DNA of 64,000 nucleotides from an uncultured bacterium (GCA_963784355.1 CAWAQU010000007.1:32001-96000); one strand, 5' to 3'; shown: positions 49,896 through 60,871, counted from the first letter of the stretch. The notes: a model not told the origin generated them from the letters alone. Program-made: numbers and translations.

Positions 49896-51203
49896 GTGCC
49901 GGAATTTAGAAGACAAGATTTTTTAAAAAACCTATCAAAACAAGGAGTAACCTATGACTGGGTACTTTTAGCCTCAGTTTTGGTGCTTACGATAGGTGGT
50001 TTGGCTTTTTTAGCTAGTGGGTTGTCTGTTAAAGGTCCTGCGGTATTTCAATTTGCTTTTCAGAAACAATTTTTATCAGGTGTTTGGATTGGTGGGGTAT
50101 TAGCCTTTATTTTGGCTCGTGTGGACTATCACATTTGGTTTAAATATATTAAAACGATTTTAATTATTACCTTTACTTTATTAGCTTTTTTAGCTACTTT
50201 CGCTTTGGTTGTGGATGTAATGAGCTATAAAAAATCAGCTGCTGAAGCGAGTAAAATTAGAGACAGTGTCATTGCAAAAGCCAAGTTTTTGCCTATTAGA
50301 CCGTATCAAGGTGGAGGAGCTATCAGATGGGTTGAAATTCCTAAGGTTTTAAACTTTCAGCCGTCCGAACTTGTTAAATTAGTTTTGCTTGTGTATTTGT
50401 CATCAGTACTTCTAAAATATGAGGACCAGACTATTGATTGGCAGAAGATTAAAAAGCCTTTGTACGTATTTGGTTTTGCTGCTGCTTTAATTTTACTACA
50501 ACCCGATTTAGGAAGTGTTTTACTTGCTTTTGGGATACTGTTAACGGCAATGTGGGTTAGTAAAGTACCAATGAAAATCATTGCAACAATTTTGTTAGTT
50601 GTGGCAGTTTTGGGCGTAACTGCTGTTTTTAGTGCCGAATATAGGCTCAAAAGAGTTAATGCATTTTTATCTCAGGATAGTGAGAAAGCAGCTCAGATTT
50701 ATTATGTTAGATTGGCTATACAAAATGGTGGATTATGGGGTAAAGGTTATGGAAATAGTGAGTATAAACAAAAAGAACTATTATTTGAATCTACGACTGA
50801 TGGTATTATTTCTATTATTGGTGAGGAAATGGGGTTTGTGTTTGTAATGTTTTTCCTGAGCTTATATTTAGTATTTTTGTTTAGGGGCTTAAAAATAAGT
50901 AAGGATGCTCCCGATGTCGGGGGTAGAGCTTTAGCAGCCGGAATTGCAGTGTGGATCACTACCCAAGCATTTTTAAATATAGGCGGGATTACAGGTATGA
51001 TTCCTTTAAAAGGACTACCTTTACCGTTTGTTTCAGCGGGAGGTTCATCAATAATTATGAACTTCATCAGTGTAGGAATACTATTAAATATCTCTAGCCA
51101 AAGTGTAAAAAATGCTGCTCTCAACTTTAAAAAGCAAAGTCAGTTTACAGATGCAAAAATTAGTAATAGGCTAAAAATAGCTAGTCAGAAAAATATTTAT
51201 TAG
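49896..51203 (+). CDS. ftsW: FtsW/RodA SEDS peptidoglycan polymerase
   Basis: GAIRW, FQPSE, QPDLG, IIGEEMG, GLPLPFVSAGGSS. Confidence 0.9.
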   Translation: MPEFRRQDFLKNLSKQGVTYDWVLLASVLVLTIGGLAFLASGLSVKGPAVFQFAFQKQFLSGVWIGGVLAFILARVDYHIWFKYIKTILIITFTLLAFLATFALVVDVMSYKKSAAEASKIRDSVIAKAKFLPIRPYQGGGAIRWVEIPKVLNFQPSELVKLVLLVYLSSVLLKYEDQTIDWQKIKKPLYVFGFAAALILLQPDLGSVLLAFGILLTAMWVSKVPMKIIATILLVVAVLGVTAVFSAEYRLKRVNAFLSQDSEKAAQIYYVRLAIQNGGLWGKGYGNSEYKQKELLFESTTDGIISIIGEEMGFVFVMFFLSLYLVFLFRGLKISKDAPDVGGRALAAGIAVWITTQAFLNIGGITGMIPLKGLPLPFVSAGGSSIIMNFISVGILLNISSQSVKNAALNFKKQSQFTDAKISNRLKIASQKNIY

Positions 51204-51222
51204 GTTGGCATAATAGGAATTT

Positions 51223-52320
51223 ATGAACAATAAAACAGTATATGTAATGATGTCGGGAGGGGTGGATTCATCGGTTGCGTCAGCTTGCTTAAAAGAACAG
51301 GGGTATAATCTAGTGGGCGTATTTATGAAATGCTGGTCACTTGAGCAATTAGAGTCTTTGGGCGTATCTAAAGATCTGTATGGCTGTTTTTGGGAAGATG
51401 ATGTGATGGATGCTGAGCTTGTAACTAAAAAACTGGGTATTCCTTTTGAAGTTTGGAATTTTGAAGGTGAATATAGACAAAAAGTTGTAGAATATATGCT
51501 CCATGAGTATAAAATAGGCCGCACTCCTAATCCTGATGTGATGTGCAACTCTATGATTAAATTCGGCATCTTTTATGAAAAAGCTATGGCTAGAGGGGCT
51601 GATTTTGTCGCTACGGGACATTATGCCAGAATTGCAGAAAAATACGAAAATTATGGACCTGTAATTGCTAGAGGTAAAGATGAAAACAAAGACCAGAGCT
51701 ATTTTTTATGGGGTATTAAAAAAGAACAGCTAGCCCATATTCTGTTTCCCATTGGTGAATTTGAAACCAAGCAAGAAGTCAGAAAAAAAGCTGAAGAACT
51801 AGATTTAATTACAGCCAAAAAACCCGATTCTCAGGGCTTATGCTTCGTAGGTAAAACACCTCTAAGAGAGCTATTGATGCAGACTTTGGGTAAAAAAGAA
51901 GGTCAAATAATGGATGTAAGTGGAAAAAAACTTGGTGTGCACGAAGGCGCTTACTTATATACAATAGGTCAGAGAGAAAAATTGGGTTTATCCGGTGGGC
52001 CTTGGTTTGTTATAAAAATTGATGTGGAGCAAAATCAGGTAATTGTGGCACATTCTAGCAATCAAACAGAAATGTATAAAAAAAGCTGCGAGGTGATAAA
52101 TTTAAATTGGCAAGTTGATGAGCAGGTTTTGTATAAGTTAAATTACGCTTTTCAGTCCCAAGTCAGATATAGACAGCAGCCTGTAGATTGCACGTTTCAG
52201 CTAAAACAAGATAGTAATTTGGTAACATTTAGTGAGGATGTAAGGGCAGTGGCTCAAGGGCAAAGTATTGTGTTTTATGATGGTGACGTGATGTTAGGAG
52301 GTGGAATTATCAATCTCTAG
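51223..52320 (+). CDS. mnmA: tRNA 2-thiouridylase
   Basis: MSGGVDSSV, TPNPDVMCN, ATGHYA, KDQSYFL, DSQGLCF. Confidence 0.97.
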   Translation: MNNKTVYVMMSGGVDSSVASACLKEQGYNLVGVFMKCWSLEQLESLGVSKDLYGCFWEDDVMDAELVTKKLGIPFEVWNFEGEYRQKVVEYMLHEYKIGRTPNPDVMCNSMIKFGIFYEKAMARGADFVATGHYARIAEKYENYGPVIARGKDENKDQSYFLWGIKKEQLAHILFPIGEFETKQEVRKKAEELDLITAKKPDSQGLCFVGKTPLRELLMQTLGKKEGQIMDVSGKKLGVHEGAYLYTIGQREKLGLSGGPWFVIKIDVEQNQVIVAHSSNQTEMYKKSCEVINLNWQVDEQVLYKLNYAFQSQVRYRQQPVDCTFQLKQDSNLVTFSEDVRAVAQGQSIVFYDGDVMLGGGIINL

Positions 52321-52326
52321 ATACCG

Positions 52327-53058
52327 TTAAATACCAGATAAGATATTAGATAAAAAAGATTTTCTTAAGTACTGATTATTTAGATCCCTTAGTATTGCTT
52401 GCCTATGAAGCATAGTTCCGTAACCCTTATTTACTTCCCATTTAAATTCCGGATAAGTTTTGCCGATTAAAGTCATAAAATCATCTCTTTGTACTTTGGC
52501 CAGATTACTAGCTAATGCAATTGAAAGGTACTTATCATCAGCTTTATTTTCTCTAATTACATTAATCTTACTTTTATTGTCTTTAAAAACATCATCTAAA
52601 AACATACTTGTATCGGGTAGGTAATTATCCGGTAAACTGTTCTCAAAAGCTAATTTATTTACCAACCCAGAGTTGAGATGATCGAGTAATTTAATTTTTC
52701 CGTCTATAATGACCTGGTATTCACAATTTCGGATGCTAGCTAAAACATTTATCAAAATTACAACCAAATGACTCAAACACACTCCAATGCCGTAGGTATC
52801 AATTAAATCATTAGAAGCCGAAACAACTAGCGATTGGATGTTATAATTTTTTATCAACGCAGCAGCTTTTTCGCGATCCTTTGACTTCAATTTTTTGCTA
52901 TCTCGAACAAAAGTAAAGTCTGAAAAATCTGTGTAAGTTTCTATATTGAAATGTTTGGTAAGTAATGGGTAATTTCCAGGTAAAAGAACCCCGCCAAGAT
53001 GTACAGGTCCGGCTAAAGCACCTCTACCTACCTCATCTATTCCTAAAATATACTTCAT
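52327..53058 (-). CDS. rnhB: Ribonuclease HII
   Basis: GIDEVGRGALAGP, DSKKL, ASNLAKVQRD, NKGYGT. Confidence 0.94.
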   Translation of the reverse strand: MKYILGIDEVGRGALAGPVHLGGVLLPGNYPLLTKHFNIETYTDFSDFTFVRDSKKLKSKDREKAAALIKNYNIQSLVVSASNDLIDTYGIGVCLSHLVVILINVLASIRNCEYQVIIDGKIKLLDHLNSGLVNKLAFENSLPDNYLPDTSMFLDDVFKDNKSKINVIRENKADDKYLSIALASNLAKVQRDDFMTLIGKTYPEFKWEVNKGYGTMLHRQAILRDLNNQYLRKSFLSNILSGI

Positions 53059-53085
53059 TATATAATAAATTAGGAATTATGTGAT

Positions 53086-53910
53086 CTAACTAACTTTAAC
53101 TAAAAAGCCGCTAGGCAAACCTACTCCTGATTCAGCCTTTTGAATAATTTCGCCTACAGTTACAGTTCTATTTGAAAAAATTTGTTTTACTAAAATATCT
53201 AAAATTGCCGGAGTGAATCTTGGTGAGTGGAGAGTTACTACCATTTTACCGTTATCTTCAAGCAATTCTTTACATGAATGTAATAATTTAACCAAATCAT
53301 CTTCAATTTTAAAAATTTCACCTTTAGTACCACGCCCATAACTAGGTGCGTCCATAATGATTGCTGAGTATTTGGCATCTCTTCTCATTTCTCTTGCAAT
53401 AAATTTATATGCATCTTCCAAAATTAACCTCTGATTGTCTCTTGGTAAATTGTTAAGTTGCATGTTGTAGGTATAGGTGTCCATGGCATTTTTAGATGAA
53501 TCTACAGCTGTGACTTGAAAGCCGGATTTGATTAAATTCATCGCATTTGATCCTGAATAGCTAAATAAATCCAGTACTTTACCATTTTTATCAAAACTAT
53601 TTACTAGCTCAGGTGCGTAGCTCCAATGCTCAGTAAAGACTCCTACATTACCAAATTCATTGGGCTCCACTTTCCATTTTAAACCACTCTCTGAATAAAT
53701 TTCCCAGTGGGCAGGTAGTTTTTCAGAAGATAATCTGTTCCAAACCCCTTTTTCACTACTATCGCGTACAAATTCAACATCACTGTTTTCCCATAATTCT
53801 TTGTTGAAAGGCTCCCATAAAGCTTGGGGACATGGACGAATTAATTTGTATTTGCCAAACAATTCAACTTTTTTCTGATTGCCACAATCAAGCAGCTCGT
53901 ATTTATGCAT
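53086..53910 (-). CDS. Class I SAM-dependent methyltransferase (RlmI/YwbD-like)
   Basis: YELLDCG, VLDLFSYSG, DAPSYGRG. Confidence 0.85.
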   Translation of the reverse strand: MHKYELLDCGNQKKVELFGKYKLIRPCPQALWEPFNKELWENSDVEFVRDSSEKGVWNRLSSEKLPAHWEIYSESGLKWKVEPNEFGNVGVFTEHWSYAPELVNSFDKNGKVLDLFSYSGSNAMNLIKSGFQVTAVDSSKNAMDTYTYNMQLNNLPRDNQRLILEDAYKFIAREMRRDAKYSAIIMDAPSYGRGTKGEIFKIEDDLVKLLHSCKELLEDNGKMVVTLHSPRFTPAILDILVKQIFSNRTVTVGEIIQKAESGVGLPSGFLVKVS

Positions 53911-53939
53911 ATGACCTAATTATGCTGTATTTTAAGTTA

Positions 53940-55127
53940 ATGTCAAATTTGACAAAGTCTGATTCTAAAGTCAAAATTTATGCTATGTTCGGCAAAGCCA
54001 TTGTGACTACAATTGTACTAGCAATTCTCGGAGCTATAGGATTTTTAGGATTCACTACCTATAGTTACTACTTTATGGCCCCAACTGACTCTCCTAAAGG
54101 CCAGTATGTCTTTAAAGTAAATTCTGGTGACAATTTGTCAGTTGTATCGAAAAAGCTTGAGCAAGATAAAGTTATTCCAAGTACTGAAGCTTTAGTTTTG
54201 CAAACAAAATTAAATACATTGACACCTCTGCAAGCAGGTGAGTATAAACTAAATCTACCTGCAACACCTGAGGTTGTGCTGAGCCAATTAAATCAGGAAT
54301 CAATTAGAATTTCACAATTAAAAAAAGTGGAAACGGTTCAAATTACTTTTAAAGAAGGTGAAACTGTTGATAAAATGATTGAGAGAATTAACAATGCCGG
54401 TGTAGCTGAAACCAAATTATTGCAAGATTTTGCAAGAAACCCTGATTCATTTAACAAACAAACATATCCTTTTTTACCAAAACCCTTGAATTGCACCTAT
54501 GGTGATTTAAAAAACTGCGCAAAATACTATATTGAAGGATATTTATATCCCGATACATATGAATTTACAAAGCCTGCGACACCTGAAAAAGTTTTTGAAA
54601 CTATGTTGACCAATTTCAAGAATAAGGTTTGGACAAAGCTAAATATTGATGCTACCAAAGTTGATTTTGATAAAGCAATTATCATGGGTTCAGTGCTAGA
54701 AAAGGAAACTGGTAGAACAAAAGGTGTGACTGATGATAATAAAGCTGAGTTATCTCAAGAGAGAAAAATAATGGCAGGAGTTTTTTATAATAGGCTGAAA
54801 GCAGGGATGAAATGGGGATCTGATGTTACGGCAGAGTATGGAACTGGTAGAAAATTATGTCAGCAGACTTTTGCAGTAGAAAATTGTATGAAACTAGACT
54901 CCCCCCTGGTTAATACCAAGTACAACACTTATCTAATTACCGGGTACCCGATTGGCCCCATCTCTAGTCCTCAGTTTGATAATATCTATGCAGTTATAAA
55001 TCCTGATGTTAATAACTATTTGTATTTTGTAAGCGATACAACAGGAAAAAACTATTTTAGTAAAACCGGAGCTGAACATAGTAAAACAATCCAAGAAGTA
55101 GGCAAAATCAATAAAGACTTGGGTTAA
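53940..55127 (+). CDS. mltG: Endolytic transglycosylase MltG
   Basis: EGYLYPDTY, SVLEKE, VFYNRL, YNTY, PIGPISSP, YLYFV; start moved to ATG 53940 to avoid overlap. Confidence 0.92.
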   Translation: MSNLTKSDSKVKIYAMFGKAIVTTIVLAILGAIGFLGFTTYSYYFMAPTDSPKGQYVFKVNSGDNLSVVSKKLEQDKVIPSTEALVLQTKLNTLTPLQAGEYKLNLPATPEVVLSQLNQESIRISQLKKVETVQITFKEGETVDKMIERINNAGVAETKLLQDFARNPDSFNKQTYPFLPKPLNCTYGDLKNCAKYYIEGYLYPDTYEFTKPATPEKVFETMLTNFKNKVWTKLNIDATKVDFDKAIIMGSVLEKETGRTKGVTDDNKAELSQERKIMAGVFYNRLKAGMKWGSDVTAEYGTGRKLCQQTFAVENCMKLDSPLVNTKYNTYLITGYPIGPISSPQFDNIYAVINPDVNNYLYFVSDTTGKNYFSKTGAEHSKTIQEVGKINKDLG

Positions 55128-55178
55128 ACTTGACAATTTTTCTATTTAATTTGATTATATATAGGATTAGTTTCATTT

Positions 55179-55742
55179 ATGGAATTCACGGGAATAATAA
55201 TATTAGTATTAATAGCAGTTATTGTATTTGTAGGCATTTCTGCTTACAATAAGCTTATTGATCTAAAAAATAAAGTAAGGGAAGCTGCTAGTGATATTGA
55301 TGTCCAACTCAAGAGAAGGTATGATTTAATACCTAATTTGGTAGAAACTGTAAAAGGTGCTAAAGCTTTCGAACAAGAAACTCTTGAAAAAGTAATCCAA
55401 GCTAGGCAGCAAGCAGTCAATTTAACAGGACTTGGTGATGCTAAAGCTGCTGCTGAAACTGCTCTTTCCGGGGCTTTAAGACAACTTTTTGCAGTTGCTG
55501 AGAGCTACCCTGATTTGAAGAGCAATCAAAACTTTTTACAATTGCAAGAAGAGTTGACCAACACAGAAGATAGAATACTAGCAAGTAGAAGGTTTTATAA
55601 TCAAGTAGTAAGTGATTATAATACAGCTCAAGATCAATTTCCTACAGTTTTATTTAAAGGTATGGCAGGTGCTAAACCTGAAGCCTTTTTTGAGCTTGAA
55701 AATCCAACTGAAGAAAGAAAAAATGTTAAAATACAGTTTTAA
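55179..55742 (+). CDS. lemA: LemA family protein
   Basis: [36 protein letters not shown]. Confidence 0.96.
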   Translation: MEFTGIIILVLIAVIVFVGISAYNKLIDLKNKVREAASDIDVQLKRRYDLIPNLVETVKGAKAFEQETLEKVIQARQQAVNLTGLGDAKAAAETALSGALRQLFAVAESYPDLKSNQNFLQLQEELTNTEDRILASRRFYNQVVSDYNTAQDQFPTVLFKGMAGAKPEAFFELENPTEERKNVKIQF

Positions 55743-55744
55743 TT

Positions 55745-56020
55745 ATGTCTAAACACACAAATGCAAAGAAGCCAACAGTGGTTCAAAAACACCAAATACA
55801 CAACGAAGACACAGGATCCCCTGAAGTCCAGATTGCTATTTTGACTGAGGAGATTTATAATTTGACCGACCATTTAAAAATTAATCCTAAGGATTTTTCT
55901 TCTCGAAGAGGTTTGTTAAAAAAAGTTGGTAGAAGAAGATCGTTACTTAGATATTTATCAACTGTAAGTCAAGCAAGGTACAAAAAGACTTTGGTTGTAA
56001 ACAATCTAAAATCACTTTAA
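55745..56020 (+). CDS. rpsO: 30S ribosomal protein S15
   Basis: [30 protein letters not shown]. Confidence 0.97.
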   Translation: MSKHTNAKKPTVVQKHQIHNEDTGSPEVQIAILTEEIYNLTDHLKINPKDFSSRRGLLKKVGRRRSLLRYLSTVSQARYKKTLVVNNLKSL

Positions 56021-56056
56021 TATTTATTCAATTAATTGTTAATTTTGATTTAACAG

Positions 56057-56077
56057 GCGGCCTAGGCCGTTTTTTTG
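56057..56077 (+). terminator. Terminator after rpsO
   Basis: GCGGC-ctag-GCCGT + T-run. Confidence 0.8.
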
Positions 56078-56127
56078 TTGACAATTTGTAATTTAAAAGG
56101 CTTTAATATTGATATTAAACAAAATTT

Positions 56128-56631
56128 ATGGAAAATAATAGACCACAAAAAAGTAGTAAAAGATCTGGTTTAAAAAGAATTTTACTTTTAATTATTTCTC
56201 TCATTATATTATTTGCTTTAATTGTAGGAGGGATATTTCTTTTTAACTATTTCAAAAATAGACAGGGAAGTACTAACCAAGCTTCTCAATCCGAACAAAA
56301 AGCTAAACAAGGGCAGATTGATCTCGCTGCACTTAACGATTCCGGACAAAAAGGAACGATACAAATTACTTCTCAACAAAATCAAACTTTAGTGGAAATA
56401 AATATAACTGAGAAACAAGCAAACTTACCTCAGCCTGCCCATATCCACAAAGGCGATTGTAAAAATCCAGGTGAAATTGTTTATCCATTAAATGAAGTCA
56501 TAAATGGTAAATCTACAACGGTACTCAATGTTTCTTTAGATAAGCTAAATGAGCAAAAACCATTAGTGGTGAATGTTCACAAATCAAATACTGAATTGGA
56601 AAACTATACGGCTTGTAGTGAGGTTAAATAA
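56128..56631 (+). CDS. Membrane-anchored CHRD-like domain protein
   Basis: QPAHIHKGDC...VVNVH...AC pattern after one TM. Confidence 0.7.
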   Translation: MENNRPQKSSKRSGLKRILLLIISLIILFALIVGGIFLFNYFKNRQGSTNQASQSEQKAKQGQIDLAALNDSGQKGTIQITSQQNQTLVEINITEKQANLPQPAHIHKGDCKNPGEIVYPLNEVINGKSTTVLNVSLDKLNEQKPLVVNVHKSNTELENYTACSEVK

Positions 56632-56730
56632 ATTTTAATTCAATGCTGATTTAGCAGTTTGTTGTTTACAGTCATCACGATTTTTGTAGCCTTAATAGGA
56701 CAAATCCTATATTTGCTAGTTTAAGAATAC

Positions 56731-58482
56731 TTACTCAAAATCAAATAACTCACTTGTGTGATCATCCCAATTTTTATCGGATTTAGGCATGGGGATAGGT
56801 CCTTTAAACACATTGACTTTGGAACTATCCATATTTTCCGGTAATTCATTATATACCTCGTAGAAAATTCCTGCTTTCTTTGATTCTTTTTTTTCTTCTA
56901 AGGGTTCTTGTTCAACAGGTTTCTGCTGGGGTGTAAATATTGGCTTTTTTTCCGGTAGAGTAACCTTTGGTTTGTTGTTTGTAGCTCTTAAGCTTATTTT
57001 TAATTCCAAATCAGGGCTTCTGAGCCCAATTGCAAGTTTGTTTTTTACCCAATTATTTAATTTAGGTGAGTTAAGCTGTGCTAAAAATATAGAATTTGAA
57101 ACACTTAGCTCAATATTGTCTCCTTCGTTTTTTTCTACGCTAATATCGTTTACTATCATTTTTAAAATAGGGGGTGCATCTTGAAATTGAGTCAGTTTTT
57201 GGATTACTTCTTCAATCCCTGCTGAGCCAGTTGTATTATTGGATGTCTCATCTATTGCCTTGCTTGACGCTACTTTTCCAATTTCTGTTTCATCTTGAGT
57301 AGCTTTTTGCGGTGTATTATTTTCTACCTCTTCAGCAATTAAAGAACTCTGTGTAGGCGGGTTACTATAGACGTTTTTTGTTTCTCCCAATGAAGAATTT
57401 TGTGTTACAACAGTTGATCCTACTTCGGACTTTTTTTCATAAGTACTTAGGCTATCAGACTTTTTGAGTTCAAGGACTTGCTCACTATTACTAGTTTTGG
57501 GTAATTGTTTGATTTGATTGTTCGAATAAGGCTGAGCTTCAAAATTTCTGAATTTAACTTGTAATAAAGCAACCGAAGAAATGATGCTTGAGATTGGTAA
57601 TTTTAAATCAAGAACCTCTGCGGTGGGTAAGATTAATGAATCAAATACAGTTCTACCTGCAAAACTTTCATCTAAAAGATATTCCAAAAATTGTCCTAAA
57701 AATGTTTCTCCGTCAATGCCTACTGCATTTAGTTTTTGAACTAAGTCTGAAGTAATATTTTGCTCTAGGAGTTGATTTGCTAAATTTTGAAGTAATTCGT
57801 CAGGTAAAAGACCAAGTAATTGTGTGGTTTCTTGAATTGTATAACTATCCAGTTCATAGCTGGCAACAGTTTCTAGTAGATTTGTAGCATCTCTTAAACT
57901 ACCGCTGCTTCTTTTGGCAATTAATTTTAATGAACCATCATCAATATTTACATTTTCTTTTTCAGAGATATTTTTTAGTTTTTTTACTACGTCTTCTATA
58001 GTGTGGCTGCTCAAATTTAACTTGGTAAGCCTGGAAAGTACAGTAGGGATAAGCTTTTCAGGGTTGGTAGTGGCAAGTAAAAATACCAAGTATTCAGGCG
58101 GTTCTTCCAAAATTTTAAGAAGAGCATTCATGGCAGGCTTGGACAGCATGTGCACCTCGTCAATTATATAAATTTTGTATTTTCCTGAAATTGGCGGAGT
58201 TTTGGCTGATTCAATCAGTTGTCTCACATCATCAATACCTGTGTTGGAAGCTGCATCCATTTCGATAAGATCAATTTTGGCCTCAGGATTAGTAGATATA
58301 TCATTTAAATTGTTAGCAAAAATTCTAGCTAAGGTAGTTTTACCCACGCCTTTTGAACCATAAAATAAATAAGCTTGTTTAATTCTATTCTTCTTGAGGG
58401 CATTTTGAAGTACTGATTTTACCAATTCCTGTCCTATTACTTCTGAAAATTCTTGAGGTCTATATTTATTATACCAAGCCAT
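56731..58482 (-). CDS. dnaX: DNA polymerase III subunit gamma/tau
   Basis: KYRPQEF, GVGKTT, EMDAAS, IIDEVHML, NALLKILEEPP. Confidence 0.96.
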   Translation of the reverse strand: MAWYNKYRPQEFSEVIGQELVKSVLQNALKKNRIKQAYLFYGSKGVGKTTLARIFANNLNDISTNPEAKIDLIEMDAASNTGIDDVRQLIESAKTPPISGKYKIYIIDEVHMLSKPAMNALLKILEEPPEYLVFLLATTNPEKLIPTVLSRLTKLNLSSHTIEDVVKKLKNISEKENVNIDDGSLKLIAKRSSGSLRDATNLLETVASYELDSYTIQETTQLLGLLPDELLQNLANQLLEQNITSDLVQKLNAVGIDGETFLGQFLEYLLDESFAGRTVFDSLILPTAEVLDLKLPISSIISSVALLQVKFRNFEAQPYSNNQIKQLPKTSNSEQVLELKKSDSLSTYEKKSEVGSTVVTQNSSLGETKNVYSNPPTQSSLIAEEVENNTPQKATQDETEIGKVASSKAIDETSNNTTGSAGIEEVIQKLTQFQDAPPILKMIVNDISVEKNEGDNIELSVSNSIFLAQLNSPKLNNWVKNKLAIGLRSPDLELKISLRATNNKPKVTLPEKKPIFTPQQKPVEQEPLEEKKESKKAGIFYEVYNELPENMDSSKVNVFKGPIPMPKSDKNWDDHTSELFDFE

Positions 58483-58641
58483 ACATTGCTTAAGTATTGA
58501 AGTATTCTTTATTTTTGGTCAACTTTTTTGAACTTAAACTAGCTATACTACTAAATTTACTTTCTTAACATGATAGGAATGAATTCAACTTTAAATTTTA
58601 ACTTTTCTATTAGATTATCTATTTTTGATTATAAATAAAAG

Positions 58642-59418
58642 TTAATTGATATTACTAAATAAGTGTTTGCATTCCGAAATTATATCCTCATAAAACTTGT
58701 TTGTGCTAAACATAAATTCAATAATCTTTTCGTCATTATAATTTGTATTAGTACTATTTTGTAAATCTGGCAGTTTAGTAGTAATATCCCAACCAGAAAG
58801 TTTGCCAGTTAAATGATTGTAACCAATATGTAATTCGGGCTCGGTGACGACATGTAACTTTAATGTATCACTAAAATGTTTTACACGTTTGCAGAGTTCT
58901 TTTTCCATTGCAATTATTATTGAAGTGTGTAAATCAGGATCTTTTTTTAACATATCACTTGTGTAGTAACTTATCGCTCCAAATGGTATAGTCGTGATTG
59001 GCTCTGCTTTAATTTGTGGTATTTCAGTTCTAATTTCAGATAATTTGCTCGAACTTCTGTTAGACTCATCAGAATTTGAATATAGTATCTCAATAATAGC
59101 ATTACAGACTTTACGGTACTCCTTTTGTTTTAATTCTTTTAAATGCTCTGCATGAACTTTACCATCTTTTTTTACTATTTCCTGATATCCTTGAATAGAC
59201 ACTGTGCTAGGATAATTTTTAATTAAATTGACTTTATATTCATCTAATTCTTCCTTAGAGTTAAATTTAGAATGTATGTTTTTTGCAGAAAGGTGAACAA
59301 AATCAATAACTTTTCTAGCTTGTTTTAACTGCGTATTATTTAATTGTTCAGCAAGTTTAGATTCACCGAAAAATTTTTCTGGTGTAGGATTATAAGTATT
59401 GATGTTCTTCATAAACAT
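58642..59418 (-). CDS. Hypothetical protein
   Basis: 258-aa ORF, no family recognised. Confidence 0.6.
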   Translation of the reverse strand: MFMKNINTYNPTPEKFFGESKLAEQLNNTQLKQARKVIDFVHLSAKNIHSKFNSKEELDEYKVNLIKNYPSTVSIQGYQEIVKKDGKVHAEHLKELKQKEYRKVCNAIIEILYSNSDESNRSSSKLSEIRTEIPQIKAEPITTIPFGAISYYTSDMLKKDPDLHTSIIIAMEKELCKRVKHFSDTLKLHVVTEPELHIGYNHLTGKLSGWDITTKLPDLQNSTNTNYNDEKIIEFMFSTNKFYEDIISECKHLFSNIN

Positions 59419-59494
59419 ATTATACCATATAAATGCACTTTTGACAAACTTTTGAACCCTAATTAAGCACTTTTTAAACAGATGAAATAATGTT

Positions 59495-59860
59495 TTATTT
59501 TTTATTTTCCCTAAAATCCTGCTTAATTTGATAATAATTTTTAGAATTATTTTTTACCTTGTTGGCGGGATATTTTTCTTTTACTTTGTTCAACTTTTCC
59601 AAAACTATGGACTTAGGATCTAAATCCAGCATGATACACATTTCAAAACAATATATTAATACATCAGCTAATTCGGATTTTAGGTCGGTAAACTTTTCTT
59701 GATTATTTTCTAAATCCTGCCTGGTGTAGCTTTTCCACTGAAATACCTCAAGTAACTCAGCAGCTTCAATTGATATTGATTTGGCCAGACTTTCAGGTGG
59801 CAAATTGTCCCAATTTCTTTCTTTTAAGTAAATCCTTAATTCATCTAAAATTTCTTGCAT
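59495..59860 (-). CDS. MazG-like nucleotide pyrophosphohydrolase
   Basis: ERNW, SISIEAAELLEVFQW, ELADVLIY, KYP; ATG 59860 preferred. Confidence 0.9.
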   Translation of the reverse strand: MQEILDELRIYLKERNWDNLPPESLAKSISIEAAELLEVFQWKSYTRQDLENNQEKFTDLKSELADVLIYCFEMCIMLDLDPKSIVLEKLNKVKEKYPANKVKNNSKNYYQIKQDFRENKK

Positions 59861-59936
59861 ACTATGAGAAATCAATAAAACTAATCAAAACTTATGTCAA
59901 TTTGACCAAATGCTGTAAAATTTGTTGTCTACAATT

Positions 59937-60830
59937 ATGGTAAATGTAACTTACGAAGAGTATTTGAATTTGGTAAATGAAGTAAATAGACTCAGAAACG
60001 AGGTTCATTTATTTAATGTGGAAGAAATTTCTGAAGCTGCTTTGGATGATTTGAAACACAAAATTACCGTGTTTGAGGAGGAAAATCCTGATAAAATAAG
60101 CCCGAATAGTCCAAATTATACAATTAGCGGAGGCGTGGCTAAGGGGTTTACAAAATTTGAACACAAACGCAGAATGTTGTCTTTAAATGACATTTTTGAC
60201 TTTGGAGAGCTGCAAGATTGGGAAAACAGATGGGAAAAGTTGACCGGAAAACCACAAGATTTGAATCAAGGAGTCACTTTACCTAAACTTCAAGAGGATT
60301 TGTTTAATAAAGATGATAATAGCCAAGTTAAAATCGTGGCCAGTACTGTTGAAAATGCAAAAACAGAGTTTAAAATTACCGGTCTAAAGAGTGATGAGGC
60401 AATACCACCCATTAAAAATGCAGTAAAATACATCTGTGAGCCCAAAATCGACGGTTTAGCTATCAGCTTGCACTACGAAAATGGTCAATTGAAAGCAGCG
60501 GTGACTAGGGGCGACGGTTGGGTAGGGGAGCTTGTGACTGAAAATATACGCCAGGTAAGAAATATACCTAAAATGATACCTGATAAAAGAAAAATCGAGG
60601 TACGTGGTGAAATATTTATGACGAAAAAAGATTTTGAAGAATTAAACAAAGATATACTTGCAAGTAAAAAAGTCGGTAAAATGGGAAAAAAAGGTGAAGA
60701 GGGGTTGTTTGCAAATCCAAGAAACATGTCTAGTGGTACAATTCGCCAGCTTGACTCCAGAATAGTAGGTGAAAGAAATCTAAGCTTTATTGCCTACGGA
60801 GTTTTTGTTGAGGAGGGTACTGATTTATAA
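59937..60830 (+). CDS. ligA: N-terminal half of NAD-dependent DNA ligase (truncated or split)
   Basis: MLSL, EPKIDG, TRGDG, EVRGE, FANPRN, RQLD; stops before motifs IV/V and the OB, Zn, HhH and BRCT domains. Confidence 0.85.
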   Translation: MVNVTYEEYLNLVNEVNRLRNEVHLFNVEEISEAALDDLKHKITVFEEENPDKISPNSPNYTISGGVAKGFTKFEHKRRMLSLNDIFDFGELQDWENRWEKLTGKPQDLNQGVTLPKLQEDLFNKDDNSQVKIVASTVENAKTEFKITGLKSDEAIPPIKNAVKYICEPKIDGLAISLHYENGQLKAAVTRGDGWVGELVTENIRQVRNIPKMIPDKRKIEVRGEIFMTKKDFEELNKDILASKKVGKMGKKGEEGLFANPRNMSSGTIRQLDSRIVGERNLSFIAYGVFVEEGTDL

Positions 60831-60871
60831 ATTTTTTGTTTGAGTATTTATTAAAAATCAAATAAAAAAAA

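Noticed and set aside
53832-53939. Extended N-terminus of MltG from ORF track
   Set aside because: Overlaps the divergent methyltransferase start; ATG 53940 gives a normal MltG N-terminus
663-60727. Numerous 60-140-aa ORFs antisense to or nested in long genes
   Set aside because: Shadow ORFs with no motifs or independent expression signals
59937-60830. Intein or frameshift explaining truncated ligA
   Set aside because: No intein-like Cys/Ser start or HN end; downstream sequence is an AT-rich spacer, terminator and unrelated mini-gene
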